A stretch of DNA of 26,041 nucleotides, from positions 1 through 26,041 of the forward strand of contig JBDLIE010000035.1 in the NCBI GenBank assembly GCA_039715015.1. Direction: 5' to 3'. The stretch comes from Thermodesulfobacteriota bacterium. Its GTDB lineage: Bacteria > Desulfobacterota > Desulfobulbia > Desulfobulbales > SURF-16. The notes beneath the pieces are model-generated. The model was not told the origin of the DNA, did no database searches, and was given only the letters and a program-made list of their open reading frames with translations. The position numbers and the translations under genes were made by a program. The stretch's first letter is position 1; each line of letters starts with the position of its first letter. Positions 1-8,653 of this stretch are shown piece by piece.

Positions 1-99
1 CCTCTGCCCTGGGGCTATAGATAAACAAAACCCTTAAAACAAGGGATTGATCTTCTATTTTCTGATTGACGACTGACAGACATATCAGTTTCCACAATG

Positions 100-190
100 T
101 CCCTTGCGCGGCGGAAGGCAAGTGGTGCCGAAGGCCAGGTCTGCTAAGGGTGCCCTTTTTGGTTCGTTTTTGGGCAAGCAAAAATGAACA
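100..190. repeat. Structured intergenic element, REP/MITE-like or ncRNA-like
   Basis: Hairpin GTTCGTTTTTG-ggcaag-CAAAAATGAAC (162-189, one G-T pair), GCC-GAA-GGC mini-hairpin (127-135), and TGCCC (151-155) complementary to GGGCA (172-176). Only one copy in the window. Confidence 0.4.
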
Positions 191-224
191 ATATAATATT
201 AACAAGAAGAAATACTGAAAAATT

Positions 225-737
225 TTAGCTGCCGCAATCCTTGCTGCCGCCTTTGATTTTATAGATGGCGTGGGCCAGGCCAGGCAGGATAGTCTCCAAA
301 TTTTCCCGGGCGCCTCTTTCGCTGCCGGGCAGATTGATAATCAGGCAATTTTTGCGGATACCAGCCACCCCACGAGAAAGAATAGCATTTGGAGTTTTCT
401 GGAAGCTTGCCATGCGCATCATCTCGCTGATGCCTGGAATCTCTTTGTCAAGGAGAGGAAGGGTGGTCTCTGGAGTTTGATCGCTGGGGCTTACCCCGGT
501 GCCCCCCGTGGTCAAAATGAGGTCGAGGCCCTCTTGGTCGCACCAGGTTTTCAGTGTGCTGGAGATGGCGGTTGGGTCATCGGCGACAATGGTATATCTG
601 CTGATTGTATATGGGCCTGCAGAGCGTAATTGTTCTTGGAGTTGTGGGCCGCTGGTGTCCTGACGTTTCCCTTGAGAACCCTTGTCGCTGATGGTGAGAA
701 TTCCGCAATGGTAGATTTCTGCTGTTTCCTTGTCCAT
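225..737 (-). CDS. mog: Molybdopterin adenylyltransferase (MogA/MoaB family)
   Basis: Motifs ILTISD, DLILTTGGTG, SRGVAGIR, INLPGS; 170 aa. Confidence 0.92.
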   Translation of the reverse strand: MDKETAEIYHCGILTISDKGSQGKRQDTSGPQLQEQLRSAGPYTISRYTIVADDPTAISSTLKTWCDQEGLDLILTTGGTGVSPSDQTPETTLPLLDKEIPGISEMMRMASFQKTPNAILSRGVAGIRKNCLIINLPGSERGARENLETILPGLAHAIYKIKGGSKDCGS

Positions 738-745
738 GCCTTGGC

Positions 746-2386
746 CTAGTGCGGGGCTGCTTCCTTCTCCAGCTTTTCATAATGAGAGAAAACAGCCTTG
801 AAGGTAGCGCGGCCACCGCTCAGCTGAGCTAGGTCGCCACCGTATTCAAGAATTTCCGCCATGGGCACTTGGCTGACAATGACCTCGTTTCGTGCCTCAG
901 AGCGGATTTCCATAATCTTGCCGCGTCTTTTGCCAAGATCTTGGAGGACTTCACCGACACAGTCATCCGGCAGGGTAATAGAGAGATTCATCAGCGGTTC
1001 GAGGAGGATCTGCTCCTGATCATTCTGTTGTTTTTCCTGGTAGGGCACGGTGGGCAAGGTGAGTTCAAGTTCGATGCCGAATTTGCGGGCTATTCGTTCG
1101 CAGGCAACCTCAAGATGAAGACGTCCTTGGCCGGATAGAAGGGTTTCTCGGGTTCTGGGTTCTTGGCTCATGTGGAGGGCCGGATCTTCCGCTATGATCT
1201 TTGAGAGGGCCGTATACATGTTTTCGCTGTCAGTCTGGCTCTTGCAGGCAACGGCGTAGGTAAAATGGGAGCGAGCTACATTTGGAAGTGGCTCCAAAAT
1301 AGGGGCTTCCGAGGTGTCGGAGAGGGTGTCGCCCGGGGCGCTGGCATTGAGGTCGACCAAGACCCCGATCATGCCCGCTGAAAGAGCCTCTGTTTTTTCC
1401 AGGCTACCGCCGTATGGGATGTAAAAGGAAGCGGCTTTTTCTTCGCTGTTACGGCTTACATTGTAAAGGGTGCCGGGGGTAAGGGTTCCAGAATCAACTT
1501 TGCAGTAATAAAGGATGCCCATAGTGGGATCGTGGTCGATCTTGAAGATCTGGCTGCGTTGGGAAGAATTTCCTTGCCCGCTTTCTGGAAAGAGGCGGTG
1601 GGCGAGTTCAAGGAGGAGGCCCGCTCCGAAACCTTTTTTTGCAGCTCCAGGAAGCACCGGGGACAGGGCACCGGATGCAACAGCATTTTTTAATCCAGAC
1701 AGAAGATCTTCCTTGTCAAGTTCGCCTTCTTCGAGCAATTCCTCAATGAGCTCGTCATCTGTTTCTGCGACTTGCTCCATAAGCTTTTCCAGAGCGATAT
1801 AGGTTTCGTCCTGCATGGAGGTGGGGATTTCACCCTCGGTGAGAGAGGGCCAGTCTTCTTCGGAAAAATAGAGGGCCTTTTCGCCAAGAACATCAACAAC
1901 GCCCTTGAAATCTGCGCCGCTGCCAATGGGCAAGTATAAGATGGCGGGGTCAAGCAGGATGTTTTTACGGATTGCAGCTAGGGTACCCTTGAAATCTGCC
2001 TTGTCCTCATCCATTCGGTTAATAAAAAGAATGGAGGGCATGGTGGATTGTTGAATGAGGCGAGCCGCTTTTTCCGTCTGAAACTTGTGGGCTTCGTCTG
2101 CACATATAGTCAGGACGGCATTATCACTGACCTGGGCCAGGATATCTGCTTCGTGAAGGAAGTTGTCATCCCCCGGAGTATTGGTGATAACCGTGTTCGC
2201 CCCTTGCCACATAAAATGAAGATGGCTGGAGGTGGTGGTCATCCCGTGGTCGAGAGATTCCGGGTCTTTGTCGATAACTGGATTCTCTATACCGGCAACC
2301 CTGAGAAGGGCGCGGCTGAGCGCTGTCTTGCCGGCCTTGGAGTGGCCAAGCAGAACGATGTTTTTGGTGGTCGTTGGAGCCCCCAT
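746..2386 (-). CDS. Elongation factor G-like translational GTPase lacking domain IV
   Basis: P-loop GHSKAGKT, NTPG (normally DTPG), INRMD, G' insert (FKGVVD...ETDDELIE), domain III (EDP...LSGQGRLHLEV), domain V (ILLEP...DLGKRRGKI...VPMAE...FSHYE); only 546 aa. Confidence 0.85.
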   Translation of the reverse strand: MGAPTTTKNIVLLGHSKAGKTALSRALLRVAGIENPVIDKDPESLDHGMTTTSSHLHFMWQGANTVITNTPGDDNFLHEADILAQVSDNAVLTICADEAHKFQTEKAARLIQQSTMPSILFINRMDEDKADFKGTLAAIRKNILLDPAILYLPIGSGADFKGVVDVLGEKALYFSEEDWPSLTEGEIPTSMQDETYIALEKLMEQVAETDDELIEELLEEGELDKEDLLSGLKNAVASGALSPVLPGAAKKGFGAGLLLELAHRLFPESGQGNSSQRSQIFKIDHDPTMGILYYCKVDSGTLTPGTLYNVSRNSEEKAASFYIPYGGSLEKTEALSAGMIGVLVDLNASAPGDTLSDTSEAPILEPLPNVARSHFTYAVACKSQTDSENMYTALSKIIAEDPALHMSQEPRTRETLLSGQGRLHLEVACERIARKFGIELELTLPTVPYQEKQQNDQEQILLEPLMNLSITLPDDCVGEVLQDLGKRRGKIMEIRSEARNEVIVSQVPMAEILEYGGDLAQLSGGRATFKAVFSHYEKLEKEAAPH

Positions 2387-2682
2387 GAAATATCTCCGTG
2401 CCTAGGTGCCGATTGCTTATGGTAAATGGTAAAGCATTGGCATCATGTATGAATTCTTGTTAAAACAGAGCCTGGCCTGTAGACTCTTTTAAAAAGATGG
2501 CGATTGAAAACAGATGTTTAACCTCGCTATGGCACGTATATTAAAGTCTGGCCTGTCAGAAAGCAAGCACTATAATCGTTGCGGAGATGCGGTTTTTAAC
2601 TGCCTGTAGATATCTGCCCTATGCTTGTGTTTTCCTTAGAGATCCACAGAAAGTCCTTGTCATTTTTTAACTCTATAAATCC

Positions 2683-4275
2683 ATGAAGCAGGCATCAGAC
2701 GACACTGGAATAATAGCCCGTTCAGCGGGAACCGTCGGCTTTGCTGTTATGTGCAGCAGGGTGCTGGGGCTTGTCCGTGAACAGGTGTTTGCCATTTTTT
2801 TCGGAGCTGGCTACGCCTATGACGCCTTTGTTGTTGCCTTTCGTATCCCCAATCTCCTCCGGGATCTCTTTGGCGAAGGGGCCCTTTCTGCTGCCTTTGT
2901 GGCCGTCTTTGCCGATTATGACACGACAAGGGGGGAGAAAGAGACCTGGCAACTGGCCAATAATGTCTTGGCGTTTTTCGCTGTTTTCTTGAGCCTGCTG
3001 ACCCTGGTGGGGCTTTATTTTGCCGAGGATATTGTCCTCTTGCTGGTTAAGGGTGAATTTGAACAGGAACCAGGCAAGGTGGCCTTAACCACGATGCTCA
3101 CCATGATTATGTTCCCCTTCCTGGTGCTGATCTCCCTTTCAGCTGTGGTGATGGGTGCCTTGAATACCAAGGGTAAGTTTTTTGTGCCGGCCATGGCCTC
3201 TTCCTTTTTCAATTTAGGGTCCATCATCGGTGGTCTTGGTTTTGCCTACCTTTTCACCAGGATGGGCAAGCCGGCCATTGCCGGAATGGCAGTGGGGACC
3301 CTTATAGGCGGCGGACTGCAGCTTGGCTGCCAGCTCCCGCTTTTTCGGAAGGTTGGCTTTCGTTTTAAGCCATACCTGAACCTTAGTGACCCGGGGCTGC
3401 ATCGCATTTTGCTTCTTATGGGGCCAGCGGTGATTGGTCTCTCGGCCACCCAGCTCAATATCTTCGTTAATACAAACTTTGCCTCCTCCTGCGAACAAGG
3501 CAGTGTTTCTTGGCTCCAATATGCCTTCCGCCTCATGCAGTTGCCCATCGGCGTGTTTGGGGTGGCCCTTTCCATGGCCAGCCTTCCTTTAATTTCCCGC
3601 TATGCGGCTAGAAAGGAGTTTTCAGCGCTAAAAGAGGCCTTTGTCTCTTCTTTGACCATGGGTTTTTGTCTATCGATCCCCTCGGCCTGCGGTCTCTGGA
3701 TTCTGGCCGAACCCATTGTTCGGGTCCTCTTTGGCCATGGAAATTTTGGCGGGGTTGATATCGTTAATACCGCAGAGGCCATCCGTTTTTATTCTCTCGG
3801 TCTTTTTGCCTATGCTGCGGTGAAAATAACAGTGCCTGTTTTTTATGCTTTGGGAAATACCAGGTATCCGGTGATGGGAAGTTTTATTGGCGTGGGGGTG
3901 AACCTGCTTTTGGTTGTAAGTTTGATCGACCATTTGAGTTATAAGGCCACGGCCCTCTCTCTTTCCGGAGCAATGGCCTGTAATTTTTTCTTTCTGTTTG
4001 TTGTGCTCTATCGTAAGCTCTCCGGTTTCTCAGTGGCCTATGTATTTCGGGGACTTGTGAAAATCCTTGTGTCTTCCATTCTCATGGCCCTTTGTGTGTA
4101 TGGTCTTGCTCAGTGGACTGCCTCTTGGCTTGTTGGTTCGTTACCGGCCCAGATTTCTTCTCTTTTCTTTTGTATTGCTGGCGGCGTTGTTGTGTATGGC
4201 AGCTTATTGTACGCCTTTAAGCTGCAGGAGTTAGAGACACTTGTTGGCAAAATTGCAGTAAGGATAAAGGGCTGA
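2683..4275 (+). CDS. murJ: Lipid II flippase MurJ (MviN)
   Basis: SRVLGLVRE, AFRIPNLLRDLFGEGALSAAF, RLMQLPIGVFG; many hydrophobic segments; 530 aa. Confidence 0.96.
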   Translation: MKQASDDTGIIARSAGTVGFAVMCSRVLGLVREQVFAIFFGAGYAYDAFVVAFRIPNLLRDLFGEGALSAAFVAVFADYDTTRGEKETWQLANNVLAFFAVFLSLLTLVGLYFAEDIVLLLVKGEFEQEPGKVALTTMLTMIMFPFLVLISLSAVVMGALNTKGKFFVPAMASSFFNLGSIIGGLGFAYLFTRMGKPAIAGMAVGTLIGGGLQLGCQLPLFRKVGFRFKPYLNLSDPGLHRILLLMGPAVIGLSATQLNIFVNTNFASSCEQGSVSWLQYAFRLMQLPIGVFGVALSMASLPLISRYAARKEFSALKEAFVSSLTMGFCLSIPSACGLWILAEPIVRVLFGHGNFGGVDIVNTAEAIRFYSLGLFAYAAVKITVPVFYALGNTRYPVMGSFIGVGVNLLLVVSLIDHLSYKATALSLSGAMACNFFFLFVVLYRKLSGFSVAYVFRGLVKILVSSILMALCVYGLAQWTASWLVGSLPAQISSLFFCIAGGVVVYGSLLYAFKLQELETLVGKIAVRIKG

Positions 4276-4281
4276 TGTTTT

Positions 4282-5016
4282 TTAGAGGCGGCGTAGTAGA
4301 TCGATTTGGCCAAGCAGGGATGGGATAACGCTGTCCACCCGCAGGATGCGGGGGCCGAGATGAAAGGGCTGAGCCCCTTGCTCTGTGAAGAGGGAAACTT
4401 CAAAATCAACCCAGCCTCCCTCTGGGCCGATGATGAGCAGTACCCGGCCTTCAAGCGGTGGGGGGAGGAGCTTGTTAAGGCTTAATGGGACACCGGGGTG
4501 AGCTATGACCATCTTTTCGTATCCTTCCGCAATCTTTGGGAGGGTGTCTTCGGCAAAGGGGCGAAAACGTTTATGGATGGAGACCTGGGGCGAGAGAGTG
4601 GCGCCAGCCTGTTCAAGACCATCGACAAGACGTTCTTTCATCTTCGATTCGCCGAGAAGGGAGGCGGAAAAAAAGCTTTTTTCCACCCGGTTTGAGTTGA
4701 TAAGAAAGAGGTGGCCAATGCCAAAGGTCGCTACCTGGGCCAAGACCCTTTTTAACATTATTGGCCGCGGCAGAGCCAAAACGATATCAACAAGGGGGGC
4801 AATGGCCTGGGTGTTGTGTTCGTTTAGAAGAAGCTCCACGTTAGTCCCGGAAAGCTGCCGGATGGTGGAGGTGCCGGACGGACCGTTAATGATTCCTGTT
4901 TTTAGGGTGTCGCCCGCTTTTCTTTTTAAAATTTTGATGATATGCTCGGCCCGGCGATCGGTGAGTACGATGCCATTGCCTTTTATTTCATCTCTGTCAA
5001 AGAGGATAATGTTCAT
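4282..5016 (-). CDS. rsmE: 16S rRNA m3U1498 methyltransferase RsmE
   Basis: HIIKILK near the N-terminus; SPOUT motifs IIGPEGGW and LGPRILRVD; 244 aa. Confidence 0.9.
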   Translation of the reverse strand: MNIILFDRDEIKGNGIVLTDRRAEHIIKILKRKAGDTLKTGIINGPSGTSTIRQLSGTNVELLLNEHNTQAIAPLVDIVLALPRPIMLKRVLAQVATFGIGHLFLINSNRVEKSFFSASLLGESKMKERLVDGLEQAGATLSPQVSIHKRFRPFAEDTLPKIAEGYEKMVIAHPGVPLSLNKLLPPPLEGRVLLIIGPEGGWVDFEVSLFTEQGAQPFHLGPRILRVDSVIPSLLGQIDLLRRL

Positions 5017-6308
5017 TGTTGATTCGGTTTATATATAATGTCTTGCAGCATGTTGCCTTGGTGTTGCTGGGTCTACCTCTGGCCCTTTTTGTGGCAGCAA
5101 CACCGCGCTATCGGGGCCGTGTTTTTGGTCGGCTTGGTTTTGCCCTAAAGGAGCGGGTTTCTCAGCTTCCTGCAGGAAAAAGGCGGATTTGGATACATGC
5201 CCTTTCCGTGGGCGAGGTGTCCTCCGTTGTATCACTGGTACACGGCCTGCGCAATACTTACCCGGACGCCCAGATCTTTCTTTCGACCTCAACCCGAAGT
5301 GGGGCCCATTACCGCAGTGAGGTCCTTGCTGACGTGGTGGATCTGTTCTTAGAGTTTCCTTTCGATCATTTTTGGGTGGTTCGCCATTTTGTTACAACGC
5401 TGCAGCCGGATCTCTTTATTCAGGTAGAGACAGATTTTTGGCCCAACTTGCTGGCAACCATCAAGCGGACTACAACATCGGCTATTCTCGTCAACGGCAG
5501 AATCTCGGAAGCATCCTTCGCGCGCTATCAGAAATTTTCTTTTTTCTTTGCCCCTCTTTTTGACTGCTTTCAGATTTTGAGTATGCAAACCGCTGCTGAT
5601 GTCGAGAAGATGGTTGCTTTGGGTGTTGATCGTAAAAAGGTGCGGGGGCTTGGCAATTTGAAAATTGATGCGGCCATGCCCAATTGCAAAAAGCAGATCC
5701 GGCAAACCCAAGATCCCTTCACACTGCCTGAGGGGAAAACGATTCTTGTTGTCGGCTCTACGCATCCGGGAGAGGAGGAGGTTTTGTCAGTTTGTTTTGG
5801 CAAGCTCCGGCAGGAATTTCCAGAGCTCTTTTTTGTAATTGCCCCGCGTAATATCGAGCGGAGCGGCGAGATAGCCGCTCTGTATAGGGGGCTTGGCTTT
5901 TCAGTGGTGTGCCGCAGTGAAAAAGGAACCCCCTGGAGCGATAAGGACCTTCTTATTGTTAATAGTATGGGCGAGCTGGTGAATTTCTATAAGCAGGGCG
6001 ATCTGGTCTTTGTCGGCGGCAGCCTGGTACCGTTCGGGGGCCATAATCCACTAGAGCCGGCAGCTTTTGGCAAGCCGGTCTTGTTTGGGCCCCGTATGGA
6101 GGATTTTGCCGATATCGTTACTGAGATGCTGACGGAAGGGGCAGCCAGGCAGGTGGAAGATGTGGATGAACTGTGCAGATCGCTGCACTCATTAATGGTC
6201 GACCAGGGGCGTCGTGATAAGGCCGGAGAATTGGCTTATGCTTTTGTCGAAAAGAGGCAGGGGGTTACTGGTCGCCATCTTGAAGTCATAGCAACCTTGT
6301 TCAGGTAG
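5016..6308 (+). CDS. waaA: 3-deoxy-D-manno-octulosonic acid (Kdo) transferase
   Basis: IWIHALSVGE, ETDFWPN, VNGRIS, GSTHPGEE, GGHNPLEPA; TTG start (5016 or 5019) preceded by AGAGGA. Confidence 0.95.
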   Translation: MLIRFIYNVLQHVALVLLGLPLALFVAATPRYRGRVFGRLGFALKERVSQLPAGKRRIWIHALSVGEVSSVVSLVHGLRNTYPDAQIFLSTSTRSGAHYRSEVLADVVDLFLEFPFDHFWVVRHFVTTLQPDLFIQVETDFWPNLLATIKRTTTSAILVNGRISEASFARYQKFSFFFAPLFDCFQILSMQTAADVEKMVALGVDRKKVRGLGNLKIDAAMPNCKKQIRQTQDPFTLPEGKTILVVGSTHPGEEEVLSVCFGKLRQEFPELFFVIAPRNIERSGEIAALYRGLGFSVVCRSEKGTPWSDKDLLIVNSMGELVNFYKQGDLVFVGGSLVPFGGHNPLEPAAFGKPVLFGPRMEDFADIVTEMLTEGAARQVEDVDELCRSLHSLMVDQGRRDKAGELAYAFVEKRQGVTGRHLEVIATLFR

Positions 6309-6315
6309 CAGGAAT

Positions 6316-7401
6316 ATGAGTAGAAAAAAAGAAAAAAACCGAGATCTTCGCCTTGACCCGCTCTTTTTTATTGGCCGGCCCTTTGCGCCTCTTTATGGCG
6401 CAGCCATGGCAATGCGTGCCAGCTTATATGGAAAGGGTATTATGTCCCGTCATAGCCTGGGGGTGCCTGTTGTCAGCGTGGGCAATCTCACCATGGGCGG
6501 CACTGGGAAGACCCCCATGGTGATCTATCTTGCGCGTCTTCTAGACTCCTATAAAGTTGCCATTATCAGCAGGGGATACCGCGGTAAGGCCTGTGGCAAG
6601 GTTAATGTGGTCAGCAATGGTAGTTCAGTTTTACTGGATGCTGTCCAGGCAGGGGATGAGCCATATTTGATGGCTTCTCTTCTTCCCGGGGTGCCGGTTG
6701 TTACGGCTAAAAAAAGGGCTTTGGCTGGTTTCTACGGGGTTGAGGAGCTGGGGGCAGAGGTTGTTCTTCTTGATGATGGCTTCCAGCATCTTGCTGTGGA
6801 TCGTGATCTTGATATTGTCCTTTTTAAGGTGGACAGTTTTCTGGGGAATAATCGTGTCTTTCCGGGAGGGGATATGCGTGAGCCTCTGTCTGCCCTCAAA
6901 CGGGCCCATTGTTTTGTTCTGACATGTGTTGACGGAGAAAATAAGGAACGGGCCGAGGTATTGAGACAGGCTTTATCGAGACGCTTCCCGGAGGCGCCTG
7001 TTTTTTTCAGCGAATATAAGCCCTCCTGTCTCGTGGATGGAAAAGGCAAAGAGTATGCGCTGTCAACCCTTACCGGTCAAAGGGTCAATGCTTTTTGCGG
7101 TTTGGCCCAGCCTTCTTATTTTGAAAAGAGTCTCGAACAGGCTGATTTGACCGTAGAAAATTTCTCTGTTTATCCAGATCATCATCTCTATAGTGCTAAG
7201 CAAATTTCAGCTTTGGTCGATGCCGGTAGAGGAGGAACTGAAATCAAGGCCCTGGTGACCACGGAAAAGGATCTGGTCAAGGTGAAGGAGATCGGCTGTG
7301 ATCTGCCACTCTATGCCCTGAGGATGGATGTGGTGATGGAAAAGGGGTTTGACGATTTTCTTTTTGAACGTCTTGCTGTGGCGAAAAACCCTCATAAATA
7401 G
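6316..7401 (+). CDS. lpxK: Tetraacyldisaccharide 4'-kinase
   Basis: VGNLTMGGTGKTP, SRGY, GDEP, LDDGFQH, TTEKD motifs. Confidence 0.96.
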   Translation: MSRKKEKNRDLRLDPLFFIGRPFAPLYGAAMAMRASLYGKGIMSRHSLGVPVVSVGNLTMGGTGKTPMVIYLARLLDSYKVAIISRGYRGKACGKVNVVSNGSSVLLDAVQAGDEPYLMASLLPGVPVVTAKKRALAGFYGVEELGAEVVLLDDGFQHLAVDRDLDIVLFKVDSFLGNNRVFPGGDMREPLSALKRAHCFVLTCVDGENKERAEVLRQALSRRFPEAPVFFSEYKPSCLVDGKGKEYALSTLTGQRVNAFCGLAQPSYFEKSLEQADLTVENFSVYPDHHLYSAKQISALVDAGRGGTEIKALVTTEKDLVKVKEIGCDLPLYALRMDVVMEKGFDDFLFERLAVAKNPHK

Positions 7402-7435
7402 AGGCGGTTAGGGAGGATGTGTTTTTTTTGCCACA
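7377..7435. promoter_or_regulatory. Candidate enhancer (UAS) for a sigma54 activator: two imperfect TGTGGC-N6-GCCACA palindromes
   Basis: TGTGGCGAAAAACCCTCA (7377-7394) and TGTGTTTTTTTTGCCACA (7418-7435), centres 41 bp apart, upstream of the IHF and sigma54 sites. Confidence 0.5.
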
Positions 7436-7461
7436 CAATCAGGGGTGCAGGCCTTTATCTG

Positions 7462-7474
7462 TAAGTGCTTGATT
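7462..7474 (-). promoter_or_regulatory. IHF binding site
   Basis: Reverse strand reads AATCAA-GCAC-TTA, a perfect WATCAA-N4-TTR match, between the candidate UAS and the sigma54 promoter. Confidence 0.7.
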
Positions 7475-7513
7475 TTGCATGGTTTTAAATCTGAAAAAAT
7501 GTTTTCTTCCTTG

Positions 7514-7529
7514 TGGCACAGATGGTGCA
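7514..7529 (+). promoter_or_regulatory. sigma54 (-24/-12) promoter of lpxC
   Basis: TGGCACAGATGGTGCA, with GG (7515-7516), N10, GC (7527-7528). Confidence 0.75.
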
Positions 7530-7596
7530 CGAGACACCTGTGCAACACTTGAGTCATAAATGCCCTGCGGCGTTCCAGAAAACGAGAAAAGAAAGA

Positions 7597-8568
7597 ATGT
7601 GGCAACATACTGTTAAAAAAGAAATTTCATTTGCCGGCGTTGGCCTCCATAGCGGTAAGCCCGTGAAGATGGTGGTAAAGCCTGCAGATGCCAATACCGG
7701 TATCCGTTTCAAGCGGGTTGATTTAGGTAAAGATGCCCTTGTTCGTGCCTCCATGCGCCGGGTGAGTGATACTACTCTTGCCACCACCTTGTCTAAAGAC
7801 AACGTCTTTGTGGGTACCACCGAGCATTTGCTGGCTGCCCTTGGTGGCCTAGGTATTGATAACGTGATGGTGGAGTTGGACAGCGACGAGCTGCCCATTA
7901 TGGATGGCAGTGCTGGTCCTTTTGTGCAGGTTCTTAAGAAAAATAAAAAATCGCAGAAGGCCCCTCTGTTGATGATGAAAATCACCAAAGAGATGACCTT
8001 CAAGTCCGGTCATACTGAAATTCATGTGAAGCCTTTTGACGGGTTTAAGATTACCAGCAAGGTTCAGTTTGATCATCCGGTTATTAAGAGCCAGTCCTAT
8101 ACCGTTCAGGTTGATCAGGATTCCTTTGTGAAGGAGATCGCTTCGGCACGGACTTTTGGTTTCCTTGAGCAGGTAGAATATCTTCGTGCCAATGGTAAGG
8201 CTTTGGGCGGTTCCTTGGAAAATGCTGTTGTGATTGATAAGGATGGTGTGGTCAATGCCGAGGGCCTGCGTTTTGCCGATGAGTTTGCCCGCCATAAGAT
8301 TCTTGACCTTGTTGGCGATCTCGCCTTGCTTGGTTGCCCCCTCCTGGGCCATATCAGCGCCTCCCGTGGTGGCCATACCCAGCACGTTGCTTTCATGAGA
8401 ATGTTGGCTGAAAACCAGGATTGCTGGGAGCTTGTCAAGCGAAGTGAAGACGGTAAAGAAAGTGTCATAGATAAGATGAGAATGGCTACCAGGGCTGCAG
8501 GAAAAATGGTTCTGCCCTTTCTTTTGCCACCAGTTACCGGGCTTAGCTCTTCTAAAGCCACCTGCTGA
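7597..8568 (+). CDS. lpxC: UDP-3-O-acyl-N-acetylglucosamine deacetylase
   Basis: GVGLHSG, TTEHLLAAL, PIMDGSA, ARTFGF, HKILDLVGDL. Start moved to ATG 7597 (MWQHTVKK) because the longer ORF start overlaps the promoter. Confidence 0.96.
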   Translation: MWQHTVKKEISFAGVGLHSGKPVKMVVKPADANTGIRFKRVDLGKDALVRASMRRVSDTTLATTLSKDNVFVGTTEHLLAALGGLGIDNVMVELDSDELPIMDGSAGPFVQVLKKNKKSQKAPLLMMKITKEMTFKSGHTEIHVKPFDGFKITSKVQFDHPVIKSQSYTVQVDQDSFVKEIASARTFGFLEQVEYLRANGKALGGSLENAVVIDKDGVVNAEGLRFADEFARHKILDLVGDLALLGCPLLGHISASRGGHTQHVAFMRMLAENQDCWELVKRSEDGKESVIDKMRMATRAAGKMVLPFLLPPVTGLSSSKATC

Positions 8569-8588
8569 TTTTAAGGCATACGTAGTTA

Positions 8589-8633
8589 ACCAAAAAAGGC
8601 CCTGAAGGATATTCCTTCAGGGCCTTTTTTGGT
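8589..8633. terminator. Bidirectional intrinsic terminator
   Basis: Perfect 21-bp inverted repeat ACCAAAAAAGGCCCTGAAGGA-tat-TCCTTCAGGGCCTTTTTTGGT between convergent genes. Confidence 0.9.
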
Positions 8634-8653
8634 GTTTGTTGCCGGGAAAAAAT

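Noticed and set aside
1..224. Moco riboswitch next to mog
   Set aside because: The region is downstream of mog and I could not match the Moco RNA consensus by eye.
2530..2546. TGGCACG upstream of murJ as a sigma54 promoter
   Set aside because: The -12 GC is missing (GG-N10-AA).
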